A stretch of 64,000 nt of DNA from Brevibacterium luteolum (GTDB taxonomy: Bacteria; Actinomycetota; Actinomycetes; Actinomycetales; Brevibacteriaceae), in the NCBI RefSeq assembly GCF_013004595.1, contig NZ_JABEMC010000002.1, forward strand, positions 248,001 through 312,000. Reading direction: 5' to 3'. The notes under the pieces are model-generated. The model was given only the letters and a program-made list of their open reading frames with translations, was not told where the DNA came from and made no database searches. Positions 47,443-56,247 of this stretch are shown piece by piece. Made by a program: the position numbers and the translations under genes. How positions within the stretch are numbered: the first letter of the stretch is position 1; each line of letters starts with the position of its first letter.

Positions 47443-48966
47443 TCACTGCTGCTTTCGCGTGCCCTTGTAGGAGTATCGGGCGGTCGTCGTGCCGGCGAAG
47501 AATCCGGCAGCGCTGCCGGTGGCCCACGCGTCGACACTCGGGTCTCCAGAGGCGAGCAGTTTGGCCATGCTCTCGGTGTACAGGGTCCCGTTGTGGGCGA
47601 ACCCGGGGCTGGCGAGCGCGGCGTCGATCTCCGCATCGGTCTTGCCGTCGAACATCGGGTGATCCCGCAGCGCCTCGTAGTCGAGTTCGACTCGGGCGGT
47701 CGTCCGGTCCTGTCCTGCCGGGTTGTCGGTCCCGTCGAGAGTCGGCACGATGTCCTGGGCGTGTTCGAGGGAGAGCACCTCGATGCCGTCGGGGATGTCG
47801 AAGTCCCCGACCGGGCTGCCGGTGGTCATGACGGCGGAGACGTTGACCCGCTTGCGGAACTCCGGATCGGCCGCGAGGCTCGCGGCGGTCATGCCGCCTT
47901 GGGAGAACCCGGTGATCATCACCTCGTCACCGGGCGGGATGCCGGCGTCCTCGATCGCCTGCCTGACGGTTTCGCGCATGACGCTGTCGTATCCGGCTGC
48001 GGTTTCGACGTTCGTCGTCATATCTGTGCCATTGCGGCTGGGGTCCGCGCTCCAGTCGGTGGTGGCTGGGACGTAGATGATCCAGCGGGTGTCGCCGTCT
48101 GCGTCGACGATCTTCTCGATCTGCACATCCCCGTTGTCCTTGCCGCGGTGGGAGTCCAGGGTGCGTTCAAGCAGTTCGGTGGCGTCCTTCGGCGCGGTGG
48201 CCCGCTGCGGATCCGGCTGCCGGTGCTTGCCGCCGGTGACGGTGACGTCAGTGGAGTCGAACAGACCGAACTGACGGCCGGCGATGAGGATGATCCCGGC
48301 GAGATCCTCTGTCGACTGCGGGCCGGTGACGGTGCTCAGCGGGCCGGGCAGGCCGAGGAACCCGCCGATGAAGCCGGGCAGGACGTGTTCGATGAGCGGC
48401 TGGGCGAACTCGGGATGGTGGGCGAGCGCGGTGCCGATCTTCTCCAGTTCCCGGCCGGCGGCATCGGCGAGGACCGTGTGCTTTCCCGTCGTGATGAGGT
48501 GCAGCGCGGTACCTCCGGCGACGATGAGCGTGATGGGGTTGGTCAGCACGGCAGCGCCGACGGCAAGCCCGATCCCGGCTCCGGCGACGACGGCGGTGCG
48601 GGCCATGTGGCCGAGTGCGACGCCGGCAGCGGTGGCCGCGCGGGAGAAGATCTCCTCTGCTGCCTGTTCGCTGGCCCGGTAGGCGGCAGCGCTGTTGCTC
48701 AGTGCCCCGGCGGTCAGCAGCAGCGAACCGGCTGTCGATCCGCTGCGCAGCAGGAAGTCGTTGATGCGGCCCTGCAGCTGGAGGGCGGCTGGCATGGCCA
48801 GTGGGCTGATGACGAGGCGGGAGATCGTGGCGTCCGACGCCGCCGCCCCGCGCAGCACAGCGCCGAGGTCGCCTGCCGTGGAGATGAGGACTTCAGCGGT
48901 GCGGTCGAAGTCGTTGAGGTGGGCGTGGATGCCGCCGGCACCGCCGCTGACCTGGATGTCGCTCAT
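47443..48966 (-). CDS. alpha/beta-hydrolase (lipase-like) with helical N-terminal ESX-substrate-like domain
   Basis: GFSQGG nucleophile elbow, GSP, DIVP.LD, late His; YRASE near residue 96; start overlaps the upstream stop (ATGA). Confidence 0.75.
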   Translation of the reverse strand: MSDIQVSGGAGGIHAHLNDFDRTAEVLISTAGDLGAVLRGAAASDATISRLVISPLAMPAALQLQGRINDFLLRSGSTAGSLLLTAGALSNSAAAYRASEQAAEEIFSRAATAAGVALGHMARTAVVAGAGIGLAVGAAVLTNPITLIVAGGTALHLITTGKHTVLADAAGRELEKIGTALAHHPEFAQPLIEHVLPGFIGGFLGLPGPLSTVTGPQSTEDLAGIILIAGRQFGLFDSTDVTVTGGKHRQPDPQRATAPKDATELLERTLDSHRGKDNGDVQIEKIVDADGDTRWIIYVPATTDWSADPSRNGTDMTTNVETAAGYDSVMRETVRQAIEDAGIPPGDEVMITGFSQGGMTAASLAADPEFRKRVNVSAVMTTGSPVGDFDIPDGIEVLSLEHAQDIVPTLDGTDNPAGQDRTTARVELDYEALRDHPMFDGKTDAEIDAALASPGFAHNGTLYTESMAKLLASGDPSVDAWATGSAAGFFAGTTTARYSYKGTRKQQ

Positions 48967-49634
48967 CGCCGGATCTCCTCCTCGTCGACGGCCAGGGCTG
49001 CGGTGGCGGCGATGAGGTCTCCTGCCATGCGGGTGCGGATCCACTGCTGGAATCCGGTGCCGCCCAGTTCTGCGTGCATCTGCTCCCACACGTCAGCACC
49101 GAGCAGCGCGCTCACTCCGTGCGGGCAGTCCGGGCAGTCGTGGATGACCCACCGGCGGGCCCGGACCGGGTCGATGCGATCGCTCAAAAGGCAAGTGACG
49201 GTGCGCTGCCCGTCATCGGGAATGAGAGCCGTGATGACATCGCCGATCTCCGCCGGGGCGCAGGTGGTGCCGATGAACCCGGCTGGTGCAGGTTGATCGG
49301 GGGTGTGCTGGCGGCACAGCAGCACGCAGGTGTGGCCGAGGAGGGCTGCGACGATGAAGAGCTCTCGTTCGTCCAGGGTGATGCTCACACTCCATCGCAG
49401 GCGTCCGGCGGCCAGCACGGCGCTGGCCTGCCGCACCCAATCCTTCATCTGCGCTGCGCTCGGCAGCTGCTCACCGGCAGCGATCGCGGAGGCATCATCG
49501 AGCGGAGTCGTGCGCGCTCGCTGCTCTGGGATGAAGGCCGGTGGCCAGTGTGCCAGGTCAGCGGCGTCCAGACAGGTGAGAGCTGCAGCGGCGATCGGCA
49601 GCCATGCGTGGCGATCGGGTGCGTGCGTGCTCAT
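48963..49634 (-). CDS. hypothetical protein (possible EspG-like chaperone)
   Basis: 223-aa ORF coupled by ATGA overlaps on both sides; the family call is speculative. Confidence 0.55.
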   Translation of the reverse strand: MSTHAPDRHAWLPIAAAALTCLDAADLAHWPPAFIPEQRARTTPLDDASAIAAGEQLPSAAQMKDWVRQASAVLAAGRLRWSVSITLDERELFIVAALLGHTCVLLCRQHTPDQPAPAGFIGTTCAPAEIGDVITALIPDDGQRTVTCLLSDRIDPVRARRWVIHDCPDCPHGVSALLGADVWEQMHAELGGTGFQQWIRTRMAGDLIAATAALAVDEEEIRR

Positions 49635-50047
49635 AGGCCCAGCGCCTGACCGACCGGTGAGCTGCGCAGCTCAGCGAGGTAGTGGTCGTAGGCTTCGACG
49701 ACGGCTTGGGCCTCTGTGGCGAGTGACCCGACCTCACGGGCGTGTTCGTCGATCCGCTCGCGGAACACCTCGGCGGCGGATGAGACCCAGCCGACGGAAC
49801 CCGATTGCCGGCACACCGCCTCGGCTCTGGCGCATTCCTCGGCCACGCGCATCCACGCTGCCTGCGACTGTTCGACATCGGCAAGCAGGCCTTCGAGTGC
49901 TGGCATGAGATGCGGTTCGATGATGTGCTCATCGATCTGGTCTTCTGCCCACTCCCTGCCGGCCTTGCCGACCTCGATGGTCTTGCCGACCGCCTTGTCG
50001 ACGATCGGCTTGGCCACCGGCCAGACGTACCCTGTGTGTCCACCCAT
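49631..50047 (-). CDS. small helical WXG100-like protein
   Basis: Helix-GWVSSAAEVFRERI-helix pattern; start uncertain (50047 or 50131). Confidence 0.55.
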   Translation of the reverse strand: MGGHTGYVWPVAKPIVDKAVGKTIEVGKAGREWAEDQIDEHIIEPHLMPALEGLLADVEQSQAAWMRVAEECARAEAVCRQSGSVGWVSSAAEVFRERIDEHAREVGSLATEAQAVVEAYDHYLAELRSSPVGQALGL

Positions 50048-50356
50048 GCCGGAAGTCTCACCGGCCCTGTCACGATGAGCACCGCCTCGGGCACGGGGTG
50101 TGGACGATCGCCCGGTGTCCACATGCGTCACCGGGCCGGCGTCAGCCTCGCTCTCACCTCACGCGAACGACGGCTGTGCGAGGTTGTCCTGCAGCTCGGA
50201 GCAGATGCGTTCAGCAGTCTCATCAGCTGTCTCGTCGCTGCCTTCACACCCGAGGGGCAGCTCCAGCGGTTCAGCGACGGTCTCGATGACAGCGACGATG
50301 TCGCCGCGCTCACCGCGCAGTCCCGTCCGGACCCGCCGCATGAGATGATAGGGGCC

Positions 50357-51778
50357 ATGACTCGCGCATCGCTCTCTTCGCTTGACCTTGCCCTTGGACC
50401 CCTCGACGGCCGCTACCGCGCCGACGCCGCCCCGCTGCTGGATTACCTGTCGGAGGCCGCGCTCAACCGCAACCGCATCCACGTCGAGGTCGAATGGTTC
50501 ATCCATCTGGCCGACAACCGCGTGGTGCCCGGCACGCGCGAACTCCTCGATGACGAGAAGTCGCAGCTGCGCGGAATCGTCGAGAACTACGGCCAGGAGA
50601 CCATCGAACAGCTGGCGACTTTCGAGGCCGTCACCGTCCACGACGTCAAGGCCGTCGAGTACACGATCAAGGAGGCGCTGTCGTCGATCGGTGCTGATGA
50701 CCTCTCGGAGCTCGTGCACTTCTGCTGCACGTCCGAGGACATCAACAACCTCTCCTACGGTGTCGGCATCAAGGGTGCGGTCGAGGACATCTGGCTGCCG
50801 CGGGCAGCCGCGCTCATCGACCAGCTCGCCTCGATGGCCGAGGAGCTGGCCGAGGTGCCGATGCTCTCCCACACCCACGGACAGCCGGCGACCCCGTCGA
50901 CGATGGGCAAGGAGCTCGGCGTGTTCGTCCACCGGCTGCGCCGCCAGTACGAGCGGATCCGCGACACCGAGTTCCTCGGCAAGATCAACGGCGCGACCGG
51001 CACCTATTCTGCGCACACGGTCACCGTTCCCGAGGCGGACTGGCCTGCCCTTGCACGCGAGTTCGTCGAGAAGCTCGGGCTGACATTCAACCCGGTGACC
51101 ACGCAGATCGAATCGCATGACTGGCAGGCGGAGCTGTTTGCCGACATCGCCCGGTTCAACCGGATCGCTCACAACCTCGCCACCGATTTGTGGACCTACA
51201 TCTCGATCCACTACTTCAAGCAGATCCCCGTCGAGGGCGCGACCGGCTCGTCGACGATGCCGCACAAGGTCAACCCGATCCGGTTCGAAAACGCCGAGGC
51301 GAACCTCGAGATCTCTTGCTCACTGCTCGACACGCTCGCTGAGACGCTGGTGACCTCGCGGATGCAGCGCGACCTGACCGACTCGACCAGCCAGCGCAAC
51401 ATCGGCGTGGCCCTCGGCCACTCGGTGCTCGCGCTGGGCAACCTCGTCAAGGGTCTGGAGAAGCTCGCCATCGACACCGATGCGCTGGACGCCGATCTCG
51501 AGAGCAACTGGGAGGTGCTGGCTGAGGCGATCCAGTCGGTCATGCGTGCGGCCTATCTCGCCGGTGTGCCCGGGATGGACAACCCGTACGAGAAGCTCAA
51601 GGACCTCACCCGCGGGCACCGCGTCGACCAGGCCGAGCTGCAGTCCTTCGTCCGCAGCCTCGGGCTGCCGCAGGAGGACGCGGACCGCCTCGCTGCGCTC
51701 AGCCCGGCGACCTACACCGGCCTGGCCGCCAAGATCGCAGCCGAGGCGGTGTCCGCCTGGCGTGCAGCCGAGCGCTGA
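50357..51778 (+). CDS. purB: adenylosuccinate lyase
   Basis: PLDGRY, HDVKAVEY, TSEDINN, THGQPA, GSSTMPHKVNP. Confidence 0.97.
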   Translation: MTRASLSSLDLALGPLDGRYRADAAPLLDYLSEAALNRNRIHVEVEWFIHLADNRVVPGTRELLDDEKSQLRGIVENYGQETIEQLATFEAVTVHDVKAVEYTIKEALSSIGADDLSELVHFCCTSEDINNLSYGVGIKGAVEDIWLPRAAALIDQLASMAEELAEVPMLSHTHGQPATPSTMGKELGVFVHRLRRQYERIRDTEFLGKINGATGTYSAHTVTVPEADWPALAREFVEKLGLTFNPVTTQIESHDWQAELFADIARFNRIAHNLATDLWTYISIHYFKQIPVEGATGSSTMPHKVNPIRFENAEANLEISCSLLDTLAETLVTSRMQRDLTDSTSQRNIGVALGHSVLALGNLVKGLEKLAIDTDALDADLESNWEVLAEAIQSVMRAAYLAGVPGMDNPYEKLKDLTRGHRVDQAELQSFVRSLGLPQEDADRLAALSPATYTGLAAKIAAEAVSAWRAAER

Positions 51779-51816
51779 GCGCAGTGACGACGCCCCAGTG
51801 ACTCACCGCCCCTGTC

Positions 51817-53019
51817 TCACCCCGCCGGACGCGGCGTGAGACGAGAGGCGATGAACGGGAATACAAGCACCGTCACCGCTCCTCCGGTGACCATGGTCGA
51901 GGCCATCGTCGTGGAGATGAGACCAGACGATGCTGCGATCTGGGTGACAGCGACGATGATGGGCAAACCGGTCGCCGAGTAGAAACCCAGTGCTGCCCTC
52001 TCACGGACCGATCCCAGCTCGGAATGCGTCGATGTCAGCTGCTCGCGCAGGAAGACCGGCAAACCGCGCACCAATCCGATGACCATCACGAAACCGACGA
52101 GCAGCGGCCACTGAGCGAAGACGGCGGCAAGATCGATGGTCATTCCGCTGGTGACGAAGAATACCGGGATGAGAAAACTGAACCCGACGATTTCGATCTT
52201 ATGCATGACCTCGTCGGCGTGGCTGGGAGAGGCGGCACGCAGAGCCGCATTCATGAGGAGTCCGGCGGCGAATGCGCCGAGAGCGACATCGAGTTCCAGC
52301 AGTGCCGTCAGCAGCATGAGGGTCACGAGCACCCAAACGGTGACGCGCAGCGTTGTCTGCATCGTCGAGTTCGACGCCGCCCCAAATGCCCGTCCGAGCA
52401 GCGGGATCCGGCGGAAGATCCGCGCCGGGATCGCGACAGTCACCACTGCGGCGACGGCGAAGAACAGGAGGATCAGCGCTGCCTGCCAGGTGCCGCGGGT
52501 GGACAGCAGCACGGACATCGCCACGATCGGCAGCAGCTCGCCGTATGCCCCGTGGACCATGGCGGCCCGGCCGAGCGGAGAGTCCATCACGCCGGAGTCC
52601 TTGAGGATCGGCAGCAGGGCGCCGAGGGCAGTCGAGGTGGAGGCGATGCCGAAGACGATCGCGACCTGCCAGTCACCCTGGAGCACGAGGAATCCGGCGC
52701 CGACGCCGAGCAGCGCACAGAGGACCCACGTCAGTGCCGCGTGCCGGCCCTGACGGCCGCGCATGTCCGAGGTGTTCACTTCGAAACCTGCGAGCAGGAA
52801 GAGGAAGCCGATGCCGAGTTCGCGGAGGAATTCAACCGCCTCGGTGCTGTCGGCCAGGCCGAGGGCGTGCGGCCCGATGACGATACCGAACACCAGCAGC
52901 CACACGACATCGGGCACGAGGCGTCTGGTGGTGAGCGCGAGGATCGGTGCGAGCACGGCGGCGATCGCGATCCACCACATCGACAGGAGATTGTCGACGA
53001 GCATGTGAGCCTCGTGCAT
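51817..53019 (-). CDS. cation:proton antiporter (CPA2 family)
   Basis: GIVIGP..LG, FLFLLAGFE, LGAFAAG, IPVFFVTSG. Confidence 0.88.
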   Translation of the reverse strand: MHEAHMLVDNLLSMWWIAIAAVLAPILALTTRRLVPDVVWLLVFGIVIGPHALGLADSTEAVEFLRELGIGFLFLLAGFEVNTSDMRGRQGRHAALTWVLCALLGVGAGFLVLQGDWQVAIVFGIASTSTALGALLPILKDSGVMDSPLGRAAMVHGAYGELLPIVAMSVLLSTRGTWQAALILLFFAVAAVVTVAIPARIFRRIPLLGRAFGAASNSTMQTTLRVTVWVLVTLMLLTALLELDVALGAFAAGLLMNAALRAASPSHADEVMHKIEIVGFSFLIPVFFVTSGMTIDLAAVFAQWPLLVGFVMVIGLVRGLPVFLREQLTSTHSELGSVRERAALGFYSATGLPIIVAVTQIAASSGLISTTMASTMVTGGAVTVLVFPFIASRLTPRPAG

Positions 53020-53090
53020 GAGCCTGCTTCCTTCCTCGACCTGGTCCTACGCTACCTGCGCCGATATGCACAGGACTCGTTGAGTCCTGC

Positions 53091-53648
53091 TCACCGCCGG
53101 CGCACCCAGTAGCCGATGAGCGTCACAGCCACGGCGATCGGCCAGGTGTAGAACGGGATGTAGCAGGCCAGCCAGAGGACTAGCTGACCTGGGCTCATGC
53201 CGGCGTAGGGCTGCCAGGCATCCGTGTCGCCGAGGGCTCCTGCGACGATGTCGGCCAGTGTCTGGCCGAGCAGGATCACCATGACGATGACGCCGATCGT
53301 GCCGAGTGTCAGCGGCAGCCAGCGCGGGATCGCCCGGGCGGCGCCGGGCAGCCAGCCGGGCACCCGCTCACCCCACGGGCGGATGAGCCCGAAGCACAGG
53401 ATCGCCGCCAGCACCGAGACGATCTCCAAGATGAGCACGTAGCCGACCCCGCCGGCGGAGGACCGGAACTGCTCGACATCGGCGAAACCGACATCGACAC
53501 CGGCGAGCATCGCCACCCGCCACGCCACCGCCGGCAGAGGCATGAGCAGGCTGAGCCAGCCGGCCGCCTTCGCCCAGCCGGGCACCGGCCGGCCGGTTGT
53601 GCGCGCCGCCGGGCTGCCGTCCGGGTTGCTGGCCGGGTTCTCAGCCAT
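53091..53648 (-). CDS. hypothetical membrane protein
   Basis: LP..AWR, GLIRPWGERVP.W.P, CY.P...W; ~4 TM. Confidence 0.7.
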   Translation of the reverse strand: MAENPASNPDGSPAARTTGRPVPGWAKAAGWLSLLMPLPAVAWRVAMLAGVDVGFADVEQFRSSAGGVGYVLILEIVSVLAAILCFGLIRPWGERVPGWLPGAARAIPRWLPLTLGTIGVIVMVILLGQTLADIVAGALGDTDAWQPYAGMSPGQLVLWLACYIPFYTWPIAVAVTLIGYWVRRR

Positions 53649-54978
53649 GGCCGGGCCGGATGAAGAGCGTGTCCGTGTAGTCGTTGGAGAACATCCCGGC
53701 CGGGTCGAGGCTCTCACGCAGGGCGCAGAACTCCTCGAACCGCGGATAGCGCTCAGCCAGCTGCCGATAGCCCAGCCGGTGCAGCTTGCCCCAGTGCGGC
53801 CTGCCGCCGGCGGCCAGAAGGATGTCCTCAAGGGTGCGGAAGTACGGCTCCCACTCCTCTTCGACGTAGCGGTGCACGGCGATGTACATGACCTCCCGGC
53901 CCGAGGCGGTCGACATGGGCACATCGTCAGCGGCGGCGACCCGGACCTCGAGCGGGAAGGAGATCTTCCACCCGCGGGAGGCGATGGTCCGTGCGATCTC
54001 GGCGAGCACCTCGGGCCCGGAGGCCAGGGGCACGGCGTACTCCATCTCGTTGAACCGCACCCGGCGCGGGGAGACGAACACCTCGTGTGCGGCGGCTCGG
54101 TAGGCGCGGTTGGACACCGCGGCGGTGGCCAGCCGGTTGAAGTGCGGGACGAGGGCTGGCATACGGGCGCCGAGCGCGCAGATCGCGGCGAGCGCCGCGT
54201 TGTCGACGACCTCCTCGCTCAGCATCCGCAGCCATGCCGGGCGGTACGTGACGTGGGCGAGCTCGGCTGGCGCCTGGGCTCCGGGGCTGATGCGGGTGTT
54301 GGTCTTGACTGCAGCGCGCTCGGAGTGGGGGAACCAGTAGAACTCGATGTGGTCGGCTGCGCGGGCGCGGTCGACGATCGAGGAGCGGATCTCGTCGAAG
54401 GGCTCAGCGGTCTCACAGGCGATGAGGTCGAAAGCCGGCACGCACATCAGCTCGATCTCGGTGAGCACGCCGAGGACGCCGAGGCTCAGCCGGGCGTGGT
54501 CGAAGAGCTCGGGTTCGCGCGTGGGTGAGAGCTCGCGGCGGGTGCCGGTCGCGTCGATGAGAGTGAGGGCGGTGACCGCGCCTGCGAATCCGGTGAAGGC
54601 CAGCCCCGTGCCGTGGGTGCCGGTCGAAACCGCGCCGGCGAGTGCCTGCGGGTCGACGTCGCCCTGATTGGGCAGGGCCAGGCCGTGGGCGGCCAGCAGC
54701 GCGGGAATGTCGCGCAGCCGCGTGCCGGCGCGGAACCGGGCGCGCCCGGCGTTCGCGTCTGCGCTGATGAGTCCGGACAGTCTGTCGAGCTGGAGGAGTT
54801 GATCGTTGCTGGTGGCGACCGGGGTGAAGGAGTGCCCGGCTCCGCGTACGCGCACCCGCTGGCCCTGTTCGGCAGCGGTGGTGACGATGTCCTGGATCTC
54901 GGCATCGGTGCTGGGGGTGTGGAGGGTCTGCGGGTGGGACCAGACGCTGCCGGACCAGTTGCGCAGTGTGCGTGTCAT
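53641..54978 (-). CDS. FAD-linked sugar-lactone oxidase (D-arabinono/L-gulono-1,4-lactone oxidase family)
   Basis: GAGHSF, STGTHG, FNEMEY, GRPHWGK. Confidence 0.9.
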   Translation of the reverse strand: MTRTLRNWSGSVWSHPQTLHTPSTDAEIQDIVTTAAEQGQRVRVRGAGHSFTPVATSNDQLLQLDRLSGLISADANAGRARFRAGTRLRDIPALLAAHGLALPNQGDVDPQALAGAVSTGTHGTGLAFTGFAGAVTALTLIDATGTRRELSPTREPELFDHARLSLGVLGVLTEIELMCVPAFDLIACETAEPFDEIRSSIVDRARAADHIEFYWFPHSERAAVKTNTRISPGAQAPAELAHVTYRPAWLRMLSEEVVDNAALAAICALGARMPALVPHFNRLATAAVSNRAYRAAAHEVFVSPRRVRFNEMEYAVPLASGPEVLAEIARTIASRGWKISFPLEVRVAAADDVPMSTASGREVMYIAVHRYVEEEWEPYFRTLEDILLAAGGRPHWGKLHRLGYRQLAERYPRFEEFCALRESLDPAGMFSNDYTDTLFIRPGHG

Positions 54979-54991
54979 GTCTCGTGTCTCT

Positions 54992-56200
54992 TCATCGGGA
55001 AGGGGTGTGCTGCGGGTGAGACATCCCGGTTTCGAAGTTCCAGCCCAGCCCCCGGTAGGTCTCCCAGGTCTCGATGAGCTGACCGTCTGCGACGATGTGG
55101 AAGAAGTCGAGGTGTTCGGCGAGTTCGCCGGCTTTTGCGTGGCGGAAGAACACGTGGTCGCCGATGCGCAGCTGGCGGGTACCGCGGCCGGTCAGAGGGG
55201 TCTGCACCTCCCCCATCCCTTCAGTGGCAGAGGGTGCGAGCCCTGCCGGCCAGGCAACGGCGGGGAGTCGGTCGATTCCTGCCGCGCCCGAGGCGATCCA
55301 GCCTCCGCCTGCCACGGTCACCCAGTCTGGGGCTGGGGTCCTGACGACCGGTGCGGTGAAGTAGGCGGCAGGGGTGTGGCGGAAGTGGGCGAAGCGATCG
55401 AAGCTGGCGGGCGCGAAGAGCCCGGAGCCGGCGGCCACCTCGGTCAGCGATCCTTCGGCGGCACTCGTCTCAAGCGAGCCGGTGCCCCCGCCGTTGACGA
55501 ACTCCAATTCGGCTTCCCCGCGCACGGCGGTGACGATGGCGGTGCGGCGTTCGGCCAGTTCGCGGATCGAGCGGGCCTGCAGCCGGCGCAGGATCGCCTG
55601 CCGGGGATTCATGCCGGCGTTCGGGACGCCGGCGACCTGGCTTTCGTAGCACATGAGCCCGACGAGCCGGAGGCGGTGGCGGGCGGTGATGTCGCCGACG
55701 AGGCTGAGCACCTCGCGCACTTCGTGCAGCGGTGAGCGGCGGGCGCCGATATGGAGGCCGGCGACCCTGAGCGACCCGTCGATGTCGATGCACACCCGCA
55801 CCACCGCCTCGGGCGCGGTTGCGGCTGTCTCGATGAGATCGAGCTGGGCCGGGTGGTCGACCATAAGCGTGATGTGGGCTGCGGCAGCGGGATCGGCAGT
55901 GAGCGCGGCCAGTGCCGCGCGGTCGACACTCGGGTAGGCGACGACGATGTCGCGGATTCCGCGGGCGTGCAGGGCCAGCGCCTCGGGCAGGGAGAAGGCG
56001 AGGACGCCGGCGAATCCGGGAAGTTCGAGGGCTCGTTCGATCGCGGCCGGGGTGCGCAGGGACTTCGAGGCCACCCGGATCGGCAGCCCGGCCGCGCGTT
56101 CGGTCATGGCGGCGGCGTTGGCGTCGAAGGCGTCGCGGTCGATGACGCCGAAGGGCGCGTTCAGGCCGGCGACGGCGCGGCGCAGATCCGGTGTGACCAT
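54992..56200 (-). CDS. fold-type III PLP enzyme (alanine racemase N-domain; amino-acid deaminase/aldolase-like)
   Basis: IRVASKSLR, GLMCYE, NGGGTGS, GEVQTP, FRHAKAGE. Confidence 0.85.
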   Translation of the reverse strand: MVTPDLRRAVAGLNAPFGVIDRDAFDANAAAMTERAAGLPIRVASKSLRTPAAIERALELPGFAGVLAFSLPEALALHARGIRDIVVAYPSVDRAALAALTADPAAAAHITLMVDHPAQLDLIETAATAPEAVVRVCIDIDGSLRVAGLHIGARRSPLHEVREVLSLVGDITARHRLRLVGLMCYESQVAGVPNAGMNPRQAILRRLQARSIRELAERRTAIVTAVRGEAELEFVNGGGTGSLETSAAEGSLTEVAAGSGLFAPASFDRFAHFRHTPAAYFTAPVVRTPAPDWVTVAGGGWIASGAAGIDRLPAVAWPAGLAPSATEGMGEVQTPLTGRGTRQLRIGDHVFFRHAKAGELAEHLDFFHIVADGQLIETWETYRGLGWNFETGMSHPQHTPSR

Positions 56201-56247
56201 GGTCTCAGTCTAGCCGCCGCGTCTGTACCGGATGAGACACTGGGAAC

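Noticed and set aside
50159..50341. Possible 60-aa minus-strand ORF or gene remnant upstream of purB
   Set aside because: No RBS or recognisable motif, and it overlaps the purB promoter region; cannot be supported
49805..50356. N-terminal extension of purB in the ORF track
   Set aside because: PurB homology begins at ATG 50357, and the extension overlaps the opposite-strand gene
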